A stretch of 64,000 nt of DNA from Mustelus asterias (Eukaryota). The stretch spans positions 682,001-746,000 of the forward strand of contig NW_027590173.1 of NCBI RefSeq assembly GCF_964213995.1, given 5' to 3'. The position numbers and the translations under genes are program-made. The notes under the pieces are model-generated. The model searched no databases, was not told where the DNA came from, and was given only the letters and a program-made list of their open reading frames with translations. Below are positions 1 to 13,745 of the stretch, piece after piece (position 1 is the stretch's first letter; each line of letters opens with the position of its first letter).

Positions 1-65
1 TCAATCCATCAATCAAACAGAGCAGGAGAGACAGACATTTTTGTCCATGTGACTCTAAATATCCT

Positions 66-148
66 ACCAGGATGGCCGAGTGGTTAAGCGGTTGGACTTA
101 AGATCCAATGGACTTATGTCCGTGTGCATTTGAACCGCACTCCAATTA
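66..148 (+). pseudogene. tRNA-Leu(TAA) pseudogene
   Basis: ACCAGGATGGCCGAGTGGTTAAG..GGACTTAAGATCCAATGG matches vertebrate Leu-TAA; B box degraded (ATTTGAAC) and 3' acceptor strand mismatched. Confidence 0.85.
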
Positions 149-157
149 AATGGACTT

Positions 158-296
158 TTAACACTACATTCTGCACCCTCTCCTTTTCTTCTGCTCTATG
201 TGCTGTATGAACTGTCTGCTTTGTCTGTATAGCACGCAAGAAAACAATACTTTTCACTGTATACCAATGCATGTGACAATAATAAATCAAATCAAA
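158..296 (+). mobile_element. Rex1/Babar-like LINE 3' end with (AATCA)n tail
   Basis: Same 3' UTR and tail as the RT-bearing copy at 25830-26587. Confidence 0.7.
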
Positions 297-597
297 CCCA
301 GTACCATTGATAGTGGGATCCATAAATCCAAGTCCAAATTGACTCCTGCCATCAGATCATCACAGTGTCAATCCCACAATAGAGCATCCTTAGCTCCAAA
401 TTAAATATATGATAAAACTGACACATGGAATCTCATTAAAAGTTACACAATGAACATTAATAATGTACTCTGAGATTCGACTTAAATACATCACGCAAAT
501 CAGGGGTTTTGAATTGATTGTACTAATGGCCACAGTGAATATTCACAAATACATTTGATACAAATCCAAATCTGAAATACATTCTCAGATTGAGGTA

Positions 598-737
598 TGA
601 TTTGATTTATTATCATCACATGTATTAGTAAATAGTGAAAAGTATTGTTTCTTGCGTGCTATACAGACAAAGCATACCATTCACAGAGAAGGATAGGAGA
701 GAGTGCAGAATGCAGTGTTACAGTCATAGCTAGGGTG
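598..737 (-). mobile_element. Rex1/Babar-like LINE 3' end
   Basis: Reverse complement of the tail at 158-296. Confidence 0.7.
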
Positions 738-769
738 CTGAGGCCATCTCCACCGCCCCATATGGAACA

Positions 770-1014
770 GTGTGAGTGAGAGGAAACAAAGAGTAGTGGT
801 TAATGGTTGTGTTTCAGACTGGAGGAAGGTTTCTAGTGGAGTTCCCCAGGGCTCGGTTTTAGGAGCCCTGCTCTTCCTGATATATATTAATGACACACAC
901 CTTGGTGTACAGGACTCAAGCTCAACATTTCCATACGCCACCAATCTTGGAGGCATTGGCAACTGTGAGGAGGAAAGTGGGAAACTTCAATAAGACACGG
1001 GCAGCTTGGTGGAA
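770..1014 (+). mobile_element. CR1-clade LINE RT fragment
   Basis: ORF 772-993 contains RKQRVVVNG..SGVPQGSVLG..IYIND. Confidence 0.85.
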
Positions 1015-1272
1015 TGGGAGTGGTACAGTGGTTAGCACTGCTGCCTCACTGCGCCAGGGACCCGGGTTCGATTCCTGGCTTAGGTCACTGTCGATGCGAA
1101 GTCTACACAATCTCCCCATGTCTGCATAGGTTTCCTCTGGTCATTGGTCATGCTAAATGCTCTCTCAGTGTACCCAAACAGGCGCCAGAGTGCAGTGACT
1201 AGAGAGTTGTCAGTGTAACTTCATTGCAGTGTTAATGTAAGCCCTACTTGTGACACAAATAAATAAACTTTA
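1015..1272 (+). mobile_element. tRNA-headed V-SINE (HE1-like head, alternative AAACTTTA tail)
   Basis: CAGTGGTTAGCACTGCTGCCTCAC..GGGTTCGATTCC head; tail shared with 20525-20833 and 37173-37307. Confidence 0.75.
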
Positions 1273-1364
1273 CAAGTGGCACTGGGAAATGTTCCAGCAC
1301 AGATTGCCCTGTGCCTGGGCAAGTCAGTGTCCTGGATAGAGCACTTTCCGGGGCACAGAGCATT

Positions 1365-1671
1365 GTTTTTATTAATTCATGTGATGGGGGCATCACTGGC
1401 TTGTTAGGCCATTTCAGAGGGCACTTAAGAGTCAACCACATTGCTGTGTGTCTGGAGTCACATGTAGGCCAGAACAGTAAATTTGGGCAGATTTGCTTGC
1501 CTAAAGGAGCATCAGTAAATGAAGTGGGTTGTCATGACGTGGTCATCATTAGATCTTAATTCCAGATTTTTTTAAGTTCAAATTGCACTCTCTGCTGTGG
1601 TAAAATTTGCTCCCATTGCATTACACTGGATCACTAGTCCAGTGACAATACCACTACACCATTACCTCCCC
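1365..1671 (-). mobile_element. Deu-domain SINE (SacSINE1-like), degenerate
   Basis: Reverse complement of GGCCTACATGTGACTCCAGAC..CAGCAATGTGGTTGACTCTTAA; similar to 8032-8389. Confidence 0.7.
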
Positions 1672-2236
1672 ATGTGGGAACTGCGGCCGCCATGAGTGGA
1701 TATTAGGAAGTGTTTTATCTCATGCTGATTGTCAGTGAGCTGAAACATGAACTCTGTTTCTCTCTTTGCAGATGCTACCTGACCTGTTGTGTATTCCAGA
1801 ATTTTCACCTTGTTTCAAAATTCCAGTGGCCACATGATTTTACCAGTGAATTATTGTAGCTGTTGCTCAGAAAAATGAGGCCAGAAATGGACAAAGAATC
1901 CATTTGAACCAGGGTGGATGTTGGTTGTGAAAATTGGTGTCTCACTTTCTGTGAAGGTATGTTCTTGTTGGCTGGCTTTGAACTGGAGTGTTGATGGAGG
2001 AAAAGCTGATGGGTTTAACCCTGAGTACATTTGAGACCAGTCGGCCCCAAACATTTCTCATCAAGGTGTCCTGTACAGTAACAGAGACTGACAGAGACAT
2101 TGCACACTCATATAAAATTAGTAATGGAAAGGGAATCAGTTCTGCACTCATATGCAGTGTCAAACGTAAGTTAATTCCACACTGAAATACTGAAACAGAG
2201 ACTAAGAGAGTTAGTTCCACATTGACATCAAATCAG

Positions 2237-3160
2237 AACATATGAAGCAGGAGTAGCAGAAGGCAATTTGTTCTTTCGGGTTGCCCCACCATTCAGTAAG
2301 ATCATGGTTGATGTGATTATGGCCTCAACTCCATTTTATTGCCTGCCCTATAACCCTTGTCTCTCTCGTAGATCAAAATTCTTCCTACCTTAGGATGGAA
2401 TCTAATCAATGCCAAAAATTAAGGACACTTTGAGAGGAAAAATTCCTTCTCATCTCCATCTTAAGTGGGGCATACTTTATTTTTAAACTGTGTCCTGTAG
2501 TTCCAATTTTGCCCATAAATGGAAACATTCCTCTCAACATCTACCCTGTCCAGTCTCCTCAGATTCTTCCATGTTTCAATATGATCATCTCTCATTCTTC
2601 TCAACTTCTATGATATTAGCTTAACTTGATTAAACTTTCCTCATAAGATGACTCCTTCATCTTAGCAATCAACCAAGTGAATCTTCATTGCCTACAATAC
2701 AAGTGTTTCCCTCTTTAAATCAGAGAAAGCATATAAACGTGTAGACTCAGCAATGCCATGTATTTGCAGCAACATTTCCCGACTTTTATACTCCACATAT
2801 GTACTTATAATTACAGTTAGATCCTCTGTACTGTAACATTCTGCTGTCTCTTCCTCTAATTAAATAATGTTCTGCCTTCCAATTCTTCCCACTGAAGTGG
2901 AAAGCCTCACTCTTTCCTACATTGTATCCTACTTGCCAGATTTGTGTCCACTCACTTAACCTCTCTATATCCCCTTGCAGACTTTTTGTGTCCTCCTCAC
3001 AACCTGCTTTCCCACTTACCTATATATTGCCTGAAAATTTGGTGTTGATCTGTCCCTTCATCTGGGTCATTAGTATAGATTGTAAATAGCTGAGAACCCA
3101 GCACTGATCCCTGTGGCTCTCTACTAGCAGCAGTTTGCTAAGCTGACAGTGACCCACTTC
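2237..3160 (-). mobile_element. CR1-clade LINE 3' fragment, degenerate
   Basis: Antisense CR1 3' UTR and RT remnants (CCCAGCACTGATCCCTGTGG = PQGSVLG). Confidence 0.75.
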
Positions 3161-3162
3161 CA

Positions 3163-4125
3163 TACAGTAACAGAGACTGACAGTTAATTGCATACATTAT
3201 TAATAGATAGCTAGGGAGTTATTTCCACAATCACACAGTAACAGATTGAGAGAGAGTTAATTCCACATTCACACTCAGTAATAGTTTGAGAGGGAGTTAA
3301 TTACACATACACAGTAATTGGTTGAGAGAGTGTCAATTTCACACTCTCACACTAACATATTGAGAGAGAGTTACATCCACACTCTCACACAGTAATAGAT
3401 TGAGAGAGAATTAATTCCACACTCACACTCAGTAATCGATTGAGAGAGAGTTAATTCCACACACTCTCAGGAATCGATTGAGAGGGAGTTAATTCCACAC
3501 TCGCACCTAGTAATAGATGTGAGTTAATTCCACCCTCTCACACAGTAATAGATTGAGAGAGTATTATTTGCACACTCGCACTCAGTAATAGATTGAGAGA
3601 TAGTTAATTCCACACTCACACTCAGTAATAGATTGTGAGAGAGTTAATTCCACACTGACAGAGCAATAGATTGAGAGAGAGTTAATTCCACACTGGCAGA
3701 GCAATAGATTGAGAGAGAGTTAATTCCAAAATCACACAGTGATAGATTGCGAGAGAGTTAATTCAACACACACGCAGCAATCGATTGAGAGAGCTACTTC
3801 CACAATCACACAGAGGAATAGATTGAGAGAGAGTTAATTCCACACACACGCACACATGCACACACAGTCATAGGATAGAGTTAATTCCACACTCACATAC
3901 AATAATAGATTGAGAGATTTAATTCTGCACAGTAATCGATAAAGTATTAGAAGAGAGTCATTTCCACACTCACACACAGTAATAGAGTGAGAGAGAGTTA
4001 ATTCCACACTCTCACACTAATAGATTGAGAGTTAATTCCACACCCATACAGTAATAGATTGAGAGAGTTGATTCTTCACGCACACTCGCTGATAGATTGA
4101 GAGAGTATTCATTGCACACTTACAC
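3163..4125. repeat. ~36-40 bp minisatellite (CAGTAATAGATTGAGAGAGAGTTAATTCCACACTCACA)n
   Basis: Roughly 25 degenerate tandem units visible. Confidence 0.95.
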
Positions 4126-4475
4126 TGCTTCTAATGTGTTTACATCTTTCTTTCGATAAGGGGACCAGTACTGTATACAATCCTCCAGATGTGGTCTCAC
4201 CTCGTCCTGTTCAAGTGAAGCATCAATTCCCTACAATTCCTCACATTAAGCAATAACATTCTATTTGCATTCCTAATTATTTGCTGTACATCTATATTAG
4301 CCTTTTCTGATTCATGGACGAGGAACCCAGAACCAGAGGGTTTTCACACAGAGTTGTGAGTGTCTGGAACGAGCTGCCAGAGGCAGTCGTAGAGGTGGGT
4401 ACAATTTTGTCTTTTAAAAAGCATTTAGACAGTTACATGGGTAAGATTGGTATAAATTGGAATTGTAGGGAATTG

Positions 4476-4819
4476 GGGCGGCACGGTAGCACAGTGGTTA
4501 GCACTGCTGCTTCACAGCTCCAGGGACCTGGGTTCGATTCCTGGCTTGGGTCACTGTCTGTGTGGAGTTTGCACATTCTCCTCGTGTCTGCATGGGTTTC
4601 CTCTGGGTGCTCCGGTTTCCTCCCACAGTCCAATGATGTGCAGGTTAGGTTGATTGGCCATGCTAAAATTGCCGCTTCGTGTCACGAGATGCGTAGGTTA
4701 GAGGGATTAGCGGGTAAATATGTCGGGATAAGGGGGTAGGGCCGGGATGGGATTGTGGTCGGTGCAGACTCGATGGGCCAAATGGCCTCTTTCTGCACTA
4801 TAGGGCTTCTATGATTCTG
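4476..4819 (+). mobile_element. HE1-type V-SINE, full length
   Basis: GGGCGGCACGGTAGCACAGTGGTTAGC head with A/B boxes, V domain GGGTTTCCTC..CCACAGTCCAA, CR1-like 3' end CTATGATTCT. Confidence 0.9.
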
Positions 4820-4934
4820 AAGGGATACAGGCCGAATGCAGGCAATTGAGACTAGCTTAGTGGTATAAACAGGGCAGCTTGGACAAGTTGGGCCAAAGAG
4901 CTGTTTCCATGCTGTAAACCTCTATGACTCCAAG

Positions 4935-7430
4935 GATCCTATCAGCCTTATTAATAACTGTTTCAACTTGCCTTGCCCGCAACAGAGCATTATACACTTG
5001 AAACCCAAGTTCTCTCTGCTCCTGTACTTCCCCTAAATGCTGCACCATAATGGGCATATTTTCTCCTCATGTTTCTTGTACCAAAATGCATTTCCTCACA
5101 TTTTGCTGCATTGCAATTCATCTGCCAGGTGTCTGCCCATTTGGGCAACTTGTCAATGTCCCTCTAAAGTCACTCAGCATCATTCTCACAATTCACTATT
5201 TTCCCCAGCTTGGTATTGTATGCAAATCTTGCCCTTAACATCGATCTCTAAATGGTTTATATAAATCAGAAAAAGCAAGTGTCCCAACACTGATCCCTGG
5301 GGAACACCACTTTCAACTCGTCTCGAGTCTGAGAAATGCACATCTATACCCAACCTCTGTTTCCTATCTTTCAGCCAACTTCTCATCCATGCTGCCAAGG
5401 ACCCATCAATCACAAACATTTCTAATTCGCTCACCAACCTGCCATGTGGCACCATATCAAATGCTTTCTGAAAGTCCAAATATACAACATCGACAGCACT
5501 ACCCTCATCCAATGTCTGTGTCTCATCTTGCCAAACATGACCTGCCCTTGAGAAAATTATGTCATCTGCCGAGTATGAACTTATATTTCTCTGAGAGTAT
5601 ATATATATCTTATTTCATACTGTGGCCTCCATCTGTTTTCTCACTATTGATGTCCAGCTGAGAGGTCTGTAGTTTCCTGGGGTATCCTTTGCCCCTTTCC
5701 TGAAAAACAGCATTACATTTGCAATCCTCCAATCCCATGGGACTAATTCTGTGTTCAAAGAGGCCAGGAAGTTTCTGTCAATGGCTGCGCAATTTGCTCC
5801 CTCACCTCTCAGCAATCTACGATGCATCCAGTCTGGACCTGGTGACTTCTCTACTGAGAGTGCTGCCAGAGTTTTAGTGCCTCTTCTTTATCTATCACTA
5901 TACTGTTCAGTTACTGAGCACCCATATTTTCAACAAGGCCATTGTCACATTGTTTAATTTTGTAAAGACAGAAGCACCGTACTCATTTAGTATCTCTGCC
6001 ATACCCTCTGCTTCAGTGACCAGTTTACCCTGCTCGTCCCTTATGAGCCCCACTTTATCCTTCACTAACCTTTTCACATGTATATGTTTGAAGAACATTT
6101 TACTATTTGTTTTAGCGCAGCCTGCTATCCTTTCCTCATGCTCCCTCTTAGCCTCCCTTATTAAAGCCTTAGCCTCTCTCCTGCATTTGAACTGTTTTTC
6201 CTGATTTCTATTGCTATTATTATTCCAGCATGCATCATATGTCTCTTTTTTCTTCCTTATTTTCTCATCAATATCCTTAGACTCCAGGATACTCTAGCTT
6301 TGGATGCTGTGTATTTATTTCTGGTGGCTATGTACCTGGCTGGCACCCTATTCATCTCAACTTTGAAAGTCTCAATTTTTCATCCACTGTTTCATCCTCG
6401 CAATTTGCCTCATTTGCCACATTTTGCCAATTCACATAACCTATCTGTTTCCTTTTGTAGCCTCTTTACGTACACTTTGCAATTAATTTCTTGTCAATCT
6501 TTATGCTGTCAGCAAATTTAACAACCGTATCTTCAGTCCCTTCATCAAAGTCATTTTTATAAATTGTAACAAGTTGTGGCCCTGGTACAGATACACCATT
6601 CGACATATCCTGCCACCCAGAAAAAGATGTGGAGATGCTGGCATTGGACTGGGGTAAACACAGTAAGAAGTCTAACAACACGAGGTTAAAGTCCAACAGG
6701 TTTATTTGGTAGCAAAAGCCACCAGCTTTCGGAACAGGCTGCCCCTTCGTCGTCGAATAGCTGTCAGGGTAACAGCCTGTAGTTCCCTGTTTTCTCTCTC
6801 CATCTCTTTTTGAATAAAGGTGTTACACTTTCTATATTTCATTCTAATGGAACATTCTCTGAACAATAAGAAGTCCCACATCACCAGGTTAAAGTCCAAC
6901 AGGTTTATTTGGTAGCACAAGGTTTACTTAGTAGTAAAATAAACCTGTTGGACTTTAACCTGGTGTTGTAAGACTTCTTATTGTGCTTACCCCCCAGTCC
7001 AACCCCAGCATCTCCACATCACATTCTCTGAAGCCAGGGAATTTTGCAAAATTAAAACAAATGCATCAGCTATCTCATTAGCCACTGATTTCATGTCCTG
7101 AGTGTGAAGCCCATCCGGACGCAGGGATTTGTCAGCCTCCAGATCCGACAATTTGCTCAATACCACTTTCCCTGGTGATTGTAATTTTCCTGAGTTCCTC
7201 CCTCCCTTCCATTTGCTGATTTCCAGCTATTTTTGGGATGTTACTTGTGTCCTCTATAGTGAACACAAATGAAAACTACCTGTTCAATTCATTTGTCAAT
7301 ATCCTATTTTCCATTATCAATTCCCCAGATGCACTTTCGATAGAACCAATGCTCACTTTAACTCTTTTATTGTTTAAATACCTACAGAAACTCTGACTAT
7401 CCACCTTCATGTTACTGGCTGCTTGTCATC
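4935..7430 (-). mobile_element. Fragmented old CR1-clade LINE(s), interrupted by Penelope-like termini
   Basis: ORFs 5186-5512 (VDVVYLDFQKAFD..GVPQGSVLG), 5615-5827 (GNYRPLS) and 5907-6098. Confidence 0.85.
6626..7021. mobile_element. Penelope-like terminal repeats (one minus copy plus an inverted pair)
   Basis: AATAAACCTGTTGGACTTTAACCTGGTGTTG..CATCTCCACATCA in both orientations; truncated hammerhead core at ~6724-6752 (-). Confidence 0.65.
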
Positions 7431-8031
7431 TTCAGCTTGTTAATTTCCTGATAAACTCAGCTTTAACAATTGTTTGTGGACAATTCAACATTCCCACCAT
7501 CCTCTATCAAGAAGCTTTCCCTGAAATTAAATAAGGGGATCAGGGATTATGGGGAAAAGGCAGAACAATGGGGATGAGAAAAATATCAGCTATGCTTCAT
7601 TGGCAGAGCAGACTCAAACGGCCGAGTGGCCGAATTCTTATATCTTATATTCTTATGTCTTATGGTCTAAATTATCCCTGAAATGTCTCATCTCATTTTA
7701 CGGTGAGGTTCCCCCATTCAGAGCTAACAGTTTATCTCTCTGCACCCTATCAAATCATTCATTGTAAACATCTCACTCACATCACCACTTAATCTTCCAT
7801 GTTCAGGTTATTACAGGACTAGTCTTTGCAATCTGTCCTCATCATTTGAGTCTGGCATCACTGGTCAAATTCTGCTGCTCCCACTCCAAGGCCAATCTAA
7901 CCTTCCTGGGATGAACACAGTGATCTAAATGGGGTCTGAACAGAGTTTTCTGCAACTGTAACACAAATTCCAATCCTTCAGAGACTATTAGCTTTATTAC
8001 TTTACCTACCAGTTAATGATGTTTGTACACT

Positions 8032-8389
8032 GGAGAGGTGATGGCCGAGTGGTATTATCACTATGCTATTAATCCAGAAACTCAGCTAATGTTCTGGGGA
8101 CCCGGGTTCGAATCCTGCCACAGCAGTTGATGGAATTTAAATTTGATAAAAAATATCTGGAATTAAGAATCTACTGATTACCGTGAGGCAATTGTCGATT
8201 GTCAGAAAATCGTATCTGGTTCACTTTAGGGAGGAAGTCTGCCGTCCTTACCCGGTATGGCCTTCATGTGACTCCAGAGCCACAGCACTGTGGTTGACTC
8301 AACTGTCCTCTGAACAAGGGCAACTCAGGATGTGCATTAAATGCTGGCCAGCCAGCGGTGCCCATGTCCCAAAATGATTTTTTTAAAAA
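8032..8389 (+). mobile_element. Deu-domain SINE (SacSINE1-like), near full length
   Basis: tRNA-like head (TGGCCGAGTGG..GGGTTCGAATCC) plus Deu core GTCTGCCGTCCTTACC..CATGTGACTCCAGA, A-rich end. Confidence 0.8.
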
Positions 8390-9230
8390 CACGGCCCTCT
8401 GTTCGTCTACAGTTTCCTGCATCTCGCCACAAACATAACCACTCTGCTCTATTACATCACAAGGACGTTTCAAACTAAATGTGTTCCCAAGGATAATCTG
8501 TTTCTGTCACTATGAACTTTTCTCGTTGTTCTTTCAGCCGGTGTAAATCCAGAGAATGGAAGGGATGGAGGGAAAAATCTTTCCCGAATCCTATTTGGTC
8601 ATCATTCCAATAACATTTGGGTGAGGAAATCTAATCGTCAGTCTCTGTGAAAAGCTGTATCCGGCACCTTCCTATTCGATGGTTAGAATGCAAAATGGAA
8701 TAACTTCCACTGCTGTTTGTGTCTCCTGTCCTGTAAACCAAACATTAACCCAGAATTCACTCAGCTGCCTTCGCTTTGTGCTGAAAGCTGTTATTATTCT
8801 GTTATTTTCACAGCCCCTAAATGACCTCATTCGCGGCTATTTTTCGCGGTAACGGTCCCTTCTCTCAATTCCTGAAATGTTCGTTGATTCATCATTTTAT
8901 TCACAGTAATTCCCCGCAGGGTAACAGTCCGGAGTGGGATTATTACAGAGCGGAATAAGGACAGTGTGAGGACTCGATCCGGCTCCCTGTTTTCAGTGAA
9001 AGACACTGGGTTCTGATTGAAGACTAAACGGAGTGTTTTCCTTCTGGGAATGCTGTGAACAGGGATTGATTCCCGCCCGGGACAGTTAGAAAGCGACAAG
9101 AGAATGAAGCACATTGATAGAAAATGTTAAAGCCGCGCCTCCGATTGGTGACGGGAAGAGCTGAATAAAAGCAAATCAATAGAAGGGATTTGAAATCTCT
9201 GACTGATGACGACATTGATTTGAATTCGCT

Positions 9231-9851
<621 letters not shown>

Positions 9852-9881
9852 AGCGACCATTCTTTAATCTGATAACCCAAA

Positions 9882-9926
9882 GGCTCTTTTCAGAGCCACT
9901 CACTTTATCTGAAAAAGGGCGAGCTG
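9882..9926 (+). promoter_or_regulatory. Histone 3' stem-loop and downstream element (H2A)
   Basis: GGCTCTTTTCAGAGCC 9882-9897 followed by purine-rich AAAAGGGCGAGCTG. Confidence 0.95.
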
Positions 9927-10543
9927 GTGTCTATCGGTCAGTTTCTGCACTGCTATTCACAGCACAGCTGTTTCCAGCTTTGTTCTATCAATCCGTACGA
10001 TTGACACATACAGTATTTTAATACAAGTTGCTGCTGTTTATCGGGGAAACAATCCCAGTGAACTAAAATGATCCAATTTCCAATATAATTGCTTTAAAAT
10101 GTGATAGTCTGCGAGGACATTCATCTGCAACCCATCGGTTTTCAGAGCCAGTCATTGTATCTGGAAAAGTGTTAATTATTGTCTATGCGAATGTGCAAGC
10201 GTTTCTGCAATGGTTATATCGGTGTGAGTGGGTTACTGTTTGAGATGCTTCCTGACTGTTGAAAATTGCGTCACTCACGCCGCGACTCGAAACATGAGGA
10301 CAAAGTGGATTTGGGGAATTATTCCTCGGAAACTGAAATGATCGCAGGTTTAATAAAACCACTTTAAAATTAAACTGCAGTAGAATTGTTACCGGCATCG
10401 TTTTTAACTCATCAAAGGATTGGAGATATGATTTACCTCAATGCAACGGAGAGTTACTTATAACATTAAGAGGTTTCAGTACTGGAGTCCTGGGAATATT
10501 CTGTCCTGGGAATTGAAACACGGGAATCGTTAACAGGAGATCG

Positions 10544-10584
10544 CAGCTCTTTCATTTGCCGATTTGGTGGCTCTTAAAAGAGCC
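10544..10584 (-). promoter_or_regulatory. Histone 3' stem-loop and HDE (H3)
   Basis: Minus strand GGCTCTTTTAAGAGCC (10569-10584), then GAAAGAGCTG. Confidence 0.95.
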
Positions 10585-10613
10585 GTTGTTGTACTTGGTG
10601 CTGAGGCCGGGGT

Positions 10614-11147
<534 letters not shown>

Positions 11148-12327
11148 TCAAACTGTGACCAGCGAATTAATGTCTGTAACTCAGGTTCTGATTGGTTCAG
11201 TTGTTTTGTTAACGGCGCCTTTCAGAAATTGGGCCGTTTTCGATGCAGGAAATAGCCGTCTGTATAAAAGACTTTATCCCGTCCTTATTAAAATAAACAT
11301 TACTCGAAATATTGAAGATTTGAAGTCTATCTCCCTGCACTTAGCGCTTTAGACCCTTTCCCCGCTCTCTGGGCTGTTCATTCCCAGAATCTCCCGCTGT
11401 TCCACTCGATCCCTGTCCCTTTCCTCTCCAGCCCATTCAGATTTCCCCTCTCCTGTCGTTTGTAACATTCGCTGCCGTTTTCGGGGGCAAGGATCAGAAA
11501 TCAGTCGCTTCTCTGTGTCTCCCTGAAGCCGGTGTGAAAGGGGTTGAGTTTGTTGTTTGTTACAGAGTGACTTCATATTTGTCCCGTTTGACATTTCTGA
11601 ATAGAGCCGTTTGCTTCCCGTGGCGGACAAATGTTCACAAATGAAACCTCTTTGTAAAATAATCTTATAGCAGAATATTAATTGAGAATCTATTTTTAAT
11701 AAGTTAAGAATTTGTCTCAATTCCCTTTCCCGCGCTGAAATTGGCGGCATTTCCCCCCAATTCAAAATATCTGCCGGTTGACAGTTGAAGCCAATGATTG
11801 GTTCAATGTTCACATTCGATGCTCTGCGATTGGTTCAGAGCTGCGAATGTGGAGAGGATGGCCAATCAGAAGCAGGCTGGGGTTGGAGCGGCTCAAACTG
11901 CGGGAATTGCGGGTTTGTGAATGACTGAGCGGAAACTGATCAGTTTCACAAAGCGTCAGTTTCAGTGCAGGAAACAACCGTCTGGGGGCAAATAGCATCA
12001 CAACTGGGACTGGTCCAGTGAACGATTCACCGGCTGCTGCTACTAAACTCCGCTATTCCAGAGAAAGCTTTTATAAACTCTATCCAAACACTGAGTGATT
12101 AAACAGGAGTGATGTGGCGTTTCACTGAGGGCACATGTCAACTGGGGACTGCTCAGACAATCCACTTAAAAATTTCAAAAACAATTCCTATCGCCGCTCC
12201 AAATGAAATGTTAAATTCGGTGATTCCCGCACTGTAACCTAAACAAAACAAACATGCATCTCAAACACTGAACAGCCTGTCCCAGCTGCCGTTCCCAGGT
12301 CACTGCTCTCTCTGTGAAGCGGTGAGT

Positions 12328-12343
12328 GGCTCTGAAAAGAGCC
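12328..12343 (-). promoter_or_regulatory. Histone 3' stem-loop (H4)
   Basis: Minus strand GGCTCTTTTCAGAGCC, followed by AGAGAGAGCAG. Confidence 0.95.
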
Positions 12344-12377
12344 TTTGTTGTGTGTCCGGGAGAAAGGATCGAGTTGT

Positions 12378-12698
<321 letters not shown>

Positions 12699-12766
12699 TC
12701 ACTCAGATCTCTGCACAATATGAGAGAGGAACTCTTTCAGGCTCCTTTTATACAGCCCTTACCGGC

Positions 12767-12951
12767 CTGTGGAGGCCGGGACGTTGAGCGTCTTCAAGAC
12801 AGAAATTGATAAATTCTTGATTTCTCGAGGAATTAAGGGCTGTGGGGAGAGAGCGGGTAAATGGAGTTGAAATCAACCATGATTGAATGGTGGAGTGGAC
12901 TCGATGGGCCGAATGGCCTTACTTCCGCTCCTATGTCTTATGGTCTTATGG
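12767..12951 (+). mobile_element. Young CR1-clade LINE 3' end with (TCTTATGG)n tail, inside the H4 promoter
   Basis: Near-identical to the reverse complement of 33225-33415. Confidence 0.92.
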
Positions 12952-13667
12952 ACTGAGAAAGGCGGAGTGAGAGCGGAGAGGGGAGGAGACAGAGTGAAGA
13001 TTAAACACAGAGCGGGAGGGAGGAGAGAGCCGGACTGACACACACACAGAACGGCCCCTGATCTTTCAGCTCCACCTCCAGTTTCTGCAACCGCCAATTT
13101 CAACCCGTTTAATAACAATGGAAGCGAAACACAGCTCCCCACATAAACCCTTCCAGAGCCACCCTTCACACTCAAGAGTTTCCACAAACCTGGAGCTTTG
13201 AAATATGGAATCAAAACAGAAAATGCTGCAAATAATCAGCAGCTCCGGCAGCTTTTGTGAAGAGGGAGTTAACGAGTCGGTTCGTGACTTTTTGCTTTTG
13301 TGTTTGGCCCCGTTATGATTCCCAGTCAGTAATATTCCGACTTAAACACAGCAAGAATCGAGGAAGAATCTCCCTCAGGAACATCCTCACCCACATCCGC
13401 TTCCAGCTGTTTACAAATACCTTATTGCAGCTGTTTGGGGAAATCTCCTGAGTTAAAATTGAAGTTGGAAAGCGGTATTTAGCCGCCAGTGTTACTGTCT
13501 CACACTGAATCTACCAGACATCTTTATTATGAGAGAAAGTGGCGATTGAACAAATGTGAAATTCAAATGAAATTCAGCCTCTGCTGTGTTTTGCTTTAGT
13601 CTGAATTTGAAATGATCTCTATTGAGAATGAGCCGGGCCGCGGGACAGGAATCATTTTCTTGCGGGA

Positions 13668-13709
13668 TCAGCTCTTTCCTGAGAGATGTGGGTGGCTCTG
13701 AGAAGAGCC
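13668..13709 (-). promoter_or_regulatory. Histone 3' stem-loop and HDE (H1)
   Basis: Minus strand GGCTCTTCTCAGAGCC (13694-13709), then AGGAAAGAGCTGA. Confidence 0.93.
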
Positions 13710-13745
13710 TTTGGGTTCAGAGGTTTACAATTTGCTCGGGTTCTT

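Noticed and set aside
3163-4125. Possible CRISPR array
   Set aside because: Degenerate head-to-tail units with no unique spacers
8032-8120. tRNA gene calls at SINE heads (also 4476, 17236, 47794, 49825)
   Set aside because: The A/B boxes belong to tRNA-derived SINE heads that continue into Deu or V domains
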